A program made the translations under genes and the position numbers. The notes below the pieces were generated by a model. That model was not told where the DNA came from and searched no databases. It saw nothing but the letters and a program-made list of their open reading frames with translations. Shown here piece after piece: positions 40,100-50,405 of a stretch of 64,000 bases of DNA; within the stretch, counting starts at the first letter, position 1; each line of letters starts with the position of its first letter. Source of the DNA: Callorhinchus milii (Eukaryota); the NCBI RefSeq assembly GCF_018977255.1, contig NW_024704743.1, forward strand, positions 60,700,001-60,764,000, read 5' to 3'.

Positions 40100-40727
40100 G
40101 AAGGCACTGGCAGCATCAGCATCCAAGGATGCACACTCCACCTCACCAAGCCAGTCAGGAACCTGGGCGTCTTGTTCGACCCTCAACTGTCCTTTCTCCC
40201 CCATAGCAGCGCAATGACCTGCTCTGCTTTACCCCTCCCCTGCAACACTGCCCGACTCCGCCACTGCCTCACCCCTCTGGCTGCCGAAACCCTCATACAC
40301 GCTTGGCGTGTATTGATTTTATCTTTACCATTGGCGGCCGGGCTTTCAGCCTCTCTGCCCCCACTCTTTGGAATTCTGAGGAAATGGTTGGCCGCCTGGC
40401 TATTGTGTAACAAGGATGGCTTAATCTCTTTAGACAATGCGCCATGCAGCCAATTGAAATACATTTCATCCGAACAAGTATTGAATTTCTTGCAATAAAT
40501 ACAGAATGCCAAGGAATTCCCTTCGCCTTGCTCCCTCCCTTGCCTCCTTCGAGGCACGACTCAAAACCCTCCTTTTCGACTGCGCCTTCGGCCGCCCTCC
40601 TATCTCTTTGCCCTTCCTCATCCTGACCTCACCCCACCACCCTCAGGTCCTGACCCCTGATTGTTCAGCACCTTGGGACATCCCCCTGACATGAAAGGCG
40701 CTTACAAATGTAATTTTGTTGTTGTTG
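40100..40727 (+). mobile_element. Internally deleted L2 fragment carrying a 141-bp local insertion
   Basis: VRNLGVLFDPQLSF motif and L2 tail, interrupted at 40378-40518. Confidence 0.82.
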
Positions 40728-43509
40728 ATCTACAGGATTTTAAAATAATTTTAACTGCTTCAGGCAGTTATGATTGTGGAAAGTAATTTGTGTCTGTATT
40801 ATTTGGAGACTTGTAAAGATAAAATCAATAAACGGTTTTCAGAAATCTACTGATCCTCTATAACTTGCTTCAGTAGTGCATTTCTCATGATCAATTCAGA
40901 TAGATTTGGTAAAGCATCTTAAACATTTATTGAAAGTACAAAGACTACTTGGAACAATGAAAGCGCACAAATTCTCCATTTCAAAAATCACATTTCAATC
41001 GTGAAGTCCTTTGAAGGGCAAAAGGAAATAACAAAGATCTCATGGAACACAGGAATAACAGGAAAGCTTGTCCCTGTCACCCTTTGTAGCTGTTAGTCAA
41101 AACACATCCTTCACCTTCAGGTTAATAAAAAATTTCATCAATTCTATCATTGGCCACCAATACAGTAAGAGGAAATGGTCAACCACAGAAAAGGATAAGG
41201 CCGATAGATAAGAACATTATAAAGTGACTGGATGACACTCACTTACTTGGTTTCCTCTTGAATCATAACACCATTGGAGCATTTTTTTCTGCATGGTATA
41301 AGTGAACTCAACTGAGATAAGAACATACATTCGTACCAAAGAAAGCAACTCAGGTCAGCTGTGTTTACTTCCTAGTTTTGTCAGACTCACTCACTTCTCC
41401 AGGCCAGCTCTACCAATGGTGTTGATGTTACTTATCATTAACCGGACACATTTTTGGTAGAATTTATTTTGAATATTAATTCTTGAGATCAAGGCCCAAA
41501 CACATTACAAACAGAATTACATGGACAAGGAACTTATGAGAATTTTCTCAACTCAAAATAACAGAACTGCAAGATTCATCCCCTACCCCACCCACCCCAC
41601 AATCTCCTCTGGTGATTATCAGATGTCTTTTGCCAGAAAGTTAGTTCGTAACCCCAAACTAATAATTAGAGTTCTCCCATGATTTCGTAGGGCTTTCATC
41701 CACTGAGCCTCAAAGCTCTGGAACTCCCTCACTCAATCCATCCGCCATGCCCCCTCCCTCCCCTTTCAAATCCCGCCTAAAGACCTTCCTTTTTGATCGT
41801 GCTTACGGTCACCTCCCCCCTCCCTCTCCTCCTGGCTCGAAGATCAGACTCCACCACTGTCAAGCACTCCGGGACGTTACCCAGGTGATGGCCGCTAGAT
41901 AAATGCAAGTTATTGTTATTGTTGATTATAGCAATTGAAGTGAGAACTAAAAAAATTATTTGGATGAGATGTTAAACCGAGATCCCGTCAGCCTGATCAG
42001 ATGGACATTAAAGATCCTATGTCACTATTCAACAAAGGGAGTTTCTCTCAGTGTTATTGTTCAATTAACTACACAAACAGTGCTTGCCCTGTTTTTGCAA
42101 AAGGGAATAATCTGAGAATGTAGAGTAATGTTTTTCATTACTATGACCCATGTTAGCACGATTAGAAAGCAGTACCTGTACTGTCACCCTGGGGTCTGTG
42201 TGTATGTGTGTGGGGGGTGTGGTGGAGGGAAGGAAAGAAAACACACCTTGTGAACTAGAAGAGATACAAGCAGCCTAAGCAGCTTTACCATGAGTTTTCC
42301 ACAGGATACAAATGACAGCTTGGTTTTAAAATAAACCTAATCCCTAACAATTAAAAGACTATCTAGCATTTATGTGCCCAATTTGCTGATGTAGGCTAAG
42401 CGTATTGGCATTTCATCCCTGAGTAACTCTATCCAACAAATGTTAAAGAACTGCAGGCTAAAAGTCTACTTTAAGTGAAAAGCCACTTTGTTGAAAGAAT
42501 CAGTTTTGACATTTGGCACATTTGGAAAACCTGCATTCCTCACTACTTTGTTTTCAATTCTATAATCCCAGAATTTAAAATTAGGTGTCATGTCTTTATA
42601 ATGAGTAACATTTGCTTTACAGATGTTATATTTATGTACCAAATGATTCTATAAGGTGAGAAAAATATATAAAGTTCTGCTAACCTGGTACATATTATAT
42701 TTATTAATTTAATATGAGGCCACAGCTAGTGTTAGGTTTCAGGACAATGATAATGAGGAAAAGACTAGATAAAATGTCTCAAGTAAATGACTTCATAGAA
42801 GCATAGACATTTTCTGTGCAGATGGGGTGAGGTGTCATATTGTGCTTGTGCCACTACATCAAGGTCATAATAAATGTATTGTATTCAAATAACAAAGCAT
42901 TATGGTGCTGATATAAGTACTAGTCAACCATTCAAAAAAATCAAAGGCAGTTAAAACTAATTTTGTACAGATAAATGTAGATTCTCCCCCACCCGCACAC
43001 ACATAAATTTATGTGGCTCCCACCCCTAACTTGGTTGCCTATTCAGCACTGCAAAGCGCTTTCAGATGTCCATCATCCTGACTGTGCATTATAAATGTAA
43101 ATTGTACTGCATTGTGTAAATGAAAAAGAGTGAAAAGTCACTCCACTTTATATATCCTGCGAAACGCTTCAAGACATCCTTTTGACGTGAAAGACACTAT
43201 ACCAAATGTAAGATTTATTATTGTGTATTTCCTGTCAAAACATCATAATAATCTTTGCATTTGATATAGAGCCTTTTCATATCATTGAGATGTCTCAAAG
43301 CGCTTCACAGAATATACCGTAAAGTGAATTGACTGTATATTTTATCGGCGAAACGCTGCAAGTAATTGAGCACAGCAGTGTCCCACAAACAGTGGTGGAC
43401 TGAGTGACCAAATTATTTTTTTACATCAACTATGAACAAAAAATAAACACAAATGTTTCATAATAAGTATCTTTTTTCCTTAAAATCCGATTGTCATTTA
43501 CTCGCCAAT

Positions 43510-43865
43510 CCGAAACCTTAGCGTCTTGTTTGAACCTTAACTCTCCTTTCTATCCCACATCCATGCCATGACCCACTCTGCCTTCCCCCACGTCTGCGAC
43601 ATCGCCCGGCTCCGCTAGGCCGCCGAAACCCTCATACACTTATCCAGGCTCGACTATGCAAACTCCCTGCTTGTTGGGCTCCTCACCTCCTCCCTCCATA
43701 GGCTACAGATCATCCAGAAGTCTGCAGCCCATGTCCTCTTCCGTACCAGGCTCTGGGACCCTATCACCCCCATCCTCACCCAACTCCACTGGCTTCCCAT
43801 TACACAGGGACATCCTCCCAACGTGAAGGGCGCTATACAAATGTAATTTTGCTGTTGTTGTTATT
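43510..43865 (+). mobile_element. Internally deleted L2 fragment
   Basis: Same L2 family sequence joined directly to the tail. Confidence 0.8.
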
Positions 43866-45149
43866 GAGTTCTGTTTAAATGGTTTTGCTAGTCAGCGCTG
43901 GCCTACCTAAAATGTCATTTGGTACATAAGACTGGGAGATTTGAAATGCTGGCTTGAGTGAAAGAAATGAAACAGCAATGATGCAGGGGGTGAAAAACAT
44001 TCAGTTGTAGTATTGGAAATTATTGGCAAATACTATACCACGCCCTGCATTTAAAGAGAGAACAGTTGTTACTTGGTGTGCGAAATGAAAAGGCATCAAA
44101 AATAATTTTAAAAATAAGTTGCTGTGGTAGGATTCTAGCAAAAAGCAATGAGAGGATGCTTACTTGTTCATTTTTGAGAAGATTCCATGTCTGTGTAAGG
44201 GAGGGAACTAGATAAAAGGTGCTATATCAAATGCAAGGATTATTTATTATTATTTTATCAAAATTTTCTCAAAACTGCACACCCACAAGTCACTGCTGTG
44301 TAGACACATCCAAAGTGGCAATTAAACCTTTGCTAAAAATGATTTAATATGAACTGATAACTTGCCCAGTGACTGAGGAAACTGCATAAAGAGGTGGGTA
44401 GCAAACATGGCTTACAATCCTTATACAAGAGGGAGCTGAAGCAATTTCAATAACCAAGTGAATATTTCTGTCTCTCTGTACCTCACTGAACCCCCGTGTA
44501 ATCTCTGGATTTTTTTTTAACCCTCAAGTATCTTTTAAACCTTTCATCCAGGCTCTGTTCCACTTTCCTCCAGGCTCTGATCAATTCCACTTTCCTCCAT
44601 TTCTCCAACATTGGCTGCCTTCTCCCTCATTCCACTGCTTTCTCCAACTCAGTGCATAACACTGCTTTTTAAAGTTCCACGAGACACTCCCGAGGTGAAA
44701 GTGCAAGTTATTTTGGTAGGCAATTATTTTAACACTCTCCTCTATCCTTTCTGCCTTCAAAAACATTGTGTAAACAGGGTGATTTCCACAGCAGAGGAAA
44801 ATCAGCAGATCCACATGTTAAAGTGGTGCCACAATATACGGGGGTGGGACTGTGGACATCAGATCTGCTGAGTGACGAGGTCAGTTTGTTTTTAAGAAAT
44901 AACTTGTTTTGATGCGGGTTTCTGAGTAAAATAACACACAAAACGGTGCTGGCAGTGCTTGCTGTACGTGTGACTAAGTTGGCTCATATCAGTTTTCCTT
45001 CTGCTAACAGCACCAAGTGCATTAGGGTGCTGTGTGGGGGTGATGACCGGGGGTTGGGGGAGCGCGGGGTATATGGAAACAGGGGGAATGACCAGGATTT
45101 GGGGTGTTGACCAGGTTTGTGGGGGGGGTGGGGGACAGGGATTGGGCTG

Positions 45150-48080
45150 GGGAGGGGTTAGTGATAGGGGTTGGGGGAGGGGTTAGTGATAGGTGTTGGG
45201 GGAGGGGTCAGTGACAGGGGTGGGGGGAGGGGTCAGTGACAGGGGGTTGGGGGAGGGGTTAGTGACAGGGGTTGGGGAGGGGTTAGTGATAGGTGTTGGG
45301 GGGAGGGGTCAGTGACAGGGGGGGGGAGGGGTCAGGACAGGGGTTGGGGGGGTCAGGACAGGGGTTGGGGGAGGGGTTAGTGACAGGGGTTGGGGGAGGG
45401 GTTAGTGACAGGGGTTGGGGGGAGGGGTCAGTGACAGGGGTTGGGGGGAGGGGTCAGTGACAGGGGTTGGGGGAGGGGTTAGTGACAGGGGTTGGGGGGA
45501 GGGTTAGTGACAGGGGTTGAGGGAGGGGTTAGTGACAGGGGTTGGGGGGTCAGTGACAGGGGTTGGGGGAGGGGTTAGTGACAGGGGTTGGGGGAGGGGT
45601 CAGTGACAGGGGTTGGGGGGAGGGGTCAGTGACAGGGGTGAGGGGAGGGGTTAGTGATAGGTTGGGGGAGGTGTCAGTGACAGGGGTTGGGGAGGGTCAG
45701 TGACAGGGTTGGGGGGGGGTTAGTGACAGAGGTTGGGGGAGGGGTCAGTGACAGGGGTTGGGGGAGGGGTCAGTGACAGGGGTTGGGGGAGGGGTCAGTG
45801 ACAGGGGTTGGGGGGTCAGTGACAGGGGTTGGGGGAGGGGTCAGTGACAGGGATTGGGGGAGGGGTTAGTGACAGGGGTTGGGGGGAGGGGTCAGTGACA
45901 GGGGTTGGGGGAGGGGTCAGTGACAGGGGTTGGGGGGGGTCAGTGACAGGGGTTGGGGGAGGGGTTAGTGACAAGGGTTGGGGGAGGGGTCAGTGACAGG
46001 GGTGGGGGGTGGGGGTAGTGACAGGGGTTGGGGGAGGGGTCAGTGACAGGGGTTGGGGGGAGGGGTTAGTGACAGGGGTTGGGAGGGGTCAGTGACAGGG
46101 GTTGGGGGGAGGGGTTAGTGACAGGGGTTGGGGGTGAAGGGTTGGGAGGGGTCAGTGATAGGGGTTGGGGGAGGGGTCAGTGACAGGGGTTGGGGGAGGG
46201 GTCAGGTCAGGGTTTGGGGGGAGGGGTCAGTGACAGGGGTTGGGGGAGGGGTCAGTGACAGGGGTTGGGGGAGGGGTCAGTGACAGGGGTTGGGGGGAGG
46301 GGTTAGTGACAGGGGTTGGGGGGGGGTCAGTGACAGGGGTTGGGGGAGGGGTTAGTGACAGGGATTGGGGGAGGGGTTAGTGACAGGGGTTGGGGGGAGG
46401 GGTTAGTGACAGGGGTTGAGGGGAGGGGTTAGTGACAGGGGTTGGGGGGAGAGTTAGTGACAGGGGTTGGGGGAGGGTTAGTGACAGGGGTTGGGGGAGG
46501 GGTCAGTGACAGGGGTTGGGGGAGGGGTTAGTGACAGGGGTTGGGGGGAGGGTCAGTGACAGGGGTTGGGGGAGGGGTCAGTGACAGGGGTTGGGGGGGG
46601 GCAGTGACAGGGGTTGGGGGAGGGGTTAGTGACAGGGGTTGGGGGAGGGTTAGTGATAGGGTTGGGGGAGGGGTAGTGACAGGGTGGGGAGGGGTCAGTG
46701 ACAGGGGTTGGGGGAGGGGTCAGTGACAGGGGTTGGGGGAGGGGTCAGTGACAGGGGTTGGGGGGGGGGCAGTGACAGGGGTTGGGGGGGCAGTGACAGG
46801 TGTTGGGGGAGGGGTTAGTGACGGGGTTGGGGGAGGGGTTAGTGACAGGGGTTGGGGGGGGCAGTGACAGGGTTGGGGGGGGGGTTAGTGACGGGGTTGG
46901 GGGAGGGGTTAGTGACAGGGGTTGGGGGAGGGGTCAGTGACAGGGGTTGGGGGAGGGGTCAGTGACAGGGGTTGGGGGAGGGGTAGTGACAGGGGTTGGG
47001 GGAGGGGTCAGTGATAGGGGTTGGGGGAGGGGTTAGTGACAGGGGTTGGGGGAGGGGTCAGTGACAGGGGTTGGGGGAGGGGTCAGTGACAGGGGTTGGG
47101 GGAGGGGTCAGTGACAGGGGTTGGGGGGGGCAGTGACAGGGGTTGGGGGGGAGTGACAGGTGGGGGAGGGGTTAGTGACGGGGGTTGGGGGAGGGGTAGT
47201 GACAGGGGTTGGGGGGGCAGTGACAGGTGTTGGGGGAGGGGTTAGTGACGGGGGTTGGGGGAGGGGTTAGTGACAGGGGTTGGGGAGGGGTCAGTGACAG
47301 GGGTTGGGGGAGGGTTAGTGACAGGGGTTGGGGGGGAGGGGTTAGTGACAGGGGTTGGGGGAGGGGTCAGTGATAGGGGTTGGGGGAGGGGTTAGTGACA
47401 GGGGTTGGGGGAGGGGTCAGTGACAGGGGTTGGGGGAGGGGTTAGTGACAGGGGTTGGGGGGGGAGGGGTTAGTGACAGGGGTTGGGGGAGGGGTTTAGT
47501 GACAGGGGTTGGGGGGGGTCAGTGACAGGGGTTGGGGAGGGGTTAGTGACGGGGGTTGGGGGAGGGGTTAGTGACAGGGGTTGGGGGAGGGGTCAGTGAC
47601 AGGGGTTGGGGGAGGGGTTAGTGACAGGGGTTGGGGGGAGGGGTTAGTGACAGGGGTTGGGGGAGGGGTCAGTGATAGGGTTGGGGAGGGTTAGTGACAG
47701 GGGTTGGGGGAGGGGTCAGTGACAGGGGTTGGGGGAGGGGTTAGTGACAGGGGTTGGGGGGGAGGGGTTAGTGACAGGGGTTGGGGGAGGGGTCAGTGAT
47801 AGGGGTTGGGGGAGGGTTAGTGACAGGGGTTGGGGGGGAGGGGTTAGTGACAGGGGTTGGGGGAGGGGTCAGTGACAGGGGTTGGGAGGGGTTAGTGACA
47901 GGGGTTGGGGGAGGGGTCAGTGACAGGGGTTGGGGGAGGGGTTAGTGACAGGGGTTGGGGGGGGAGGGGGTTAGTGACAGGGGTTGGGGGAGGGGTCAGT
48001 GATAGGGGTTGGGGGAGGGGTTAGTGACAGGGGTTGGGGGAGGGGTCAGTGACAGGGGTTGGGGGGGGGCAGTGACAGGG
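45150..48080 (+). repeat. G-rich minisatellite, ~25-bp unit AGTGACAGGGGTTGGGGGAGGGGT(C/T), roughly 115-120 copies
   Basis: Directly visible tandem array ending a few bases from the ACAD exon-1 donor. Confidence 0.98.
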
Positions 48081-48085
48081 ATTAC

Positions 48086-48256
48086 CTTTCGCAGACTCTC
48101 TCTCAGGGCCTGGTGTTGCTGAGTGTTGAACGGGTCGGCGCTTTGCGGGGCCGGTTGCTCGGAGTGTGCCCTGTGAGGGGGCAGACGCCGGGGCCCGGGC
48201 CCGGGCCGGAGCCAACTGCCGGAGCAGCGCAGCCGCGAGAGCCGAGCGCACGCCAT
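48086..48256 (-). CDS. Acyl-CoA dehydrogenase (ACDH-6/AtuD-like), coding exon 1, with mitochondrial presequence
   Basis: ATG at 48256, 57 codons MACARLSRLRCSGSWLRPGPGPRRLPPHRAHSEQ...FNTQQHQALRESLRK, donor AAG|GTAATC, phase 0. N-terminus is Arg-rich with no acidic residue before E33. Joins exon 2 in frame. CpG-rich. Upstream in-frame ATGs exist at 48289 and 48346. Confidence 0.85.
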
Positions 48257-48282
48257 GACACCAGCCGCGTCACTGCCAGCGC

Positions 48283-48305
48283 TGCACATGCGCAGTCCGC
48301 CCCCC
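48283..48305. promoter_or_regulatory. NRF1-like site and GC box upstream of the ACAD start codon
   Basis: TGCACATGCGCA (48283-48294, one mismatch to YGCGCAYGCGCR) and CCGCCCCC (from 48297), 27-50 nt upstream of the ATG in a CpG-rich patch. Confidence 0.5.
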
Positions 48306-50210
48306 AGGACCAGCCAGTGTGAGCTGTGCTGAGCTGCCAGTGCCATGTCAGCTCTGGGCTGTCAATCAGTGCCCAGTGGTGCAGACATCACATCAGTGCC
48401 AACTCGTGGGTCTGGGAATTGTTGTGAACTGGGGCTGAACGGCAGATCAGTGTCGACTCTGGTTCAGTGAAAAAGCACATCACTTTTTCTCTTGCAAAGG
48501 TTTGAAGCACCAACAATTGAGTAACCACCTGAGTACTCTGCTGATACATTTTCCAGCTGGGTGCATCGGTGCAAAAATGTGCTGAGCAGACCAAGGCAAG
48601 TGATAAAACAAGACACCCGAAGAGTTCGAAGCGAGACCACCCAACTGAAAGGATTTAAGCTCATTACATTCAGAGATTTAAAGAAGCAATCTTGTGGGAA
48701 GTGTGACAGGCTCGATGACCTACCAACTTTAGGCAGGAATAGGGATATTTTAAATTAAAATGATCTGTGCTGGGGCGGTTAATTAAGCCATAATGTGTAT
48801 TTAGGCTATTGTTTCTTTAGGTGTTGTGCTTTTTTAAAAATAGATTTAAAGAGGGAATTAAACTTGAAAGCAATATTATAAATAAAATCAGCAGCTAAGT
48901 TTCTCTTAAAAAGGTTTGAAGCACCAACAGTAAGTAACCACATAAGTACTTTACTAATAAATTTAAGAACCTCATACTGTATTCCTTTGCCTTGGGACAC
49001 TAAATCCAAGGAGTGAAGGTCTTGCCAGCAGAGATAGTTGAAATTTAAATCATAGAATTACATGGAAAATTACAGTTCGGAAACAGGTCATTCTGTCCAT
49101 CTTGCCCAGGGATATATTTATAGGGACATTAGGTATTAAATACATCTCTACAGAACTAATATCTTCAATTTCAAATGAAGTTTCAATGGAAAGTGAGTAA
49201 TAAAAACCCATGTATGTTTTTGAAACTACCATTTAATCTGAAAATGTACCAATTCCATTTGAGAACTTTTTTTATTAACAATTCTTGCAATTTATATAGC
49301 ACCTACGACATTGAAGCTCAGAGTGCTTCACAAGGAATTGTTGTTAAGTGTACCTGTTGGCAAATTGAACAGTTAATTTGCACACATCAAGTCTTCCTGC
49401 ATGTTTATTTGGAAGTTCGGTCATCTTTCCGCCCCCAGACCATTTGCATCCCACCCCTCTTGAATCCAGCCCCCAGCTCAGGTGCAACCCTTGACTGTCC
49501 AGCACCTTGGAACATACTCCTGACGTGAAAAGCATTGTATAAACGCAAAATATAAAAAAAGCCAATGGATCTTTAATTCCTTGCTGAACAGGCAGTAGAA
49601 ACCCTAGTTTAACACTTCAGCTGAAGGACAACACCTCAAAAATGCATCGTAGTCATGGATAGAGTGTCAGTGTAGCTGGAATCAAAAGTCCCAACATGGG
49701 GCTCGAACCAAAAATTTTCTGGCTCAGAATTGAGAATGTGACCAACAGAACTGATTTTGTTGTTTGAAACGTTAATTTGCTCTCCCAGCCTCAACCTGAA
49801 GCTCTCCCAGACGCTATTCTGGTTGAAGGGCGCTATATAAATGTAAGTTGTTGTTGTTTTCATCTCCAACAAAAAAAATGGATTAAGAAGAAACTCCATT
49901 TAAAAACCCAGTTTTAAACTATATTTAAAAAACACAACTGAAAATGCTTGAAAATAAGATAAATGCGTTCAGTTTATATATTTCAATTCTCGGACAAAAT
50001 GAAGAAATGTTAACAATACTCTATTATTTCAAGCCCTGTACAATGAGTAAGTACTGAGCTCTATAACAAATATGTCTGGCATTTGGCCATTTTGCTGTAA
50101 ATTAGTGTCCTGTCTGATAAATGGTCAAAATAATCAACTGTCAGCCTGAACTCATCCCTCCACATTGTAAGAAACATTACTCAGTCTTTATAAGTTCAAC
50201 ACTCCCACAC

Positions 50211-50405
50211 TTGACAGGGGTTGGGGGGTGACAGTGGTTGGGGGGTGACAGGGGTTGGGGGGTGACAGTGGTTGGGGGGTGACAGGGGTTGGGGGGTGAC
50301 TGGGATTGGGGGGTGACTGAGATTGGGGGGTGTCAGGGGTTTGGGGGGTGACAGGGATTGGGGGAAGTAACAGGGGTTGGGGGGTTGACAGGAGTTGGGG
50401 GTGAC
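50211..50405 (+). repeat. Related G-rich minisatellite, ~17-18-bp unit GTGACAGGGGTTGGGGGG, ~11 copies
   Basis: Tandem array sharing the GTGACAGGGGTTGGGG core with the large array. Confidence 0.92.

Noticed and set aside
45150..48080. CRISPR array or telomeric tract
   Set aside because: No unique spacers, and the DNA is eukaryotic. GGGTTAG occurs only as part of a 25-bp unit, not as (TTAGGG)n.
48257..48346. 30-aa N-terminal extension of the ACAD from ATG 48346 or 48289
   Set aside because: It overlaps the NRF1-like and GC-box motifs and would put a non-presequence segment before the Arg-rich leader. Disfavoured, but not excluded without TSS data.
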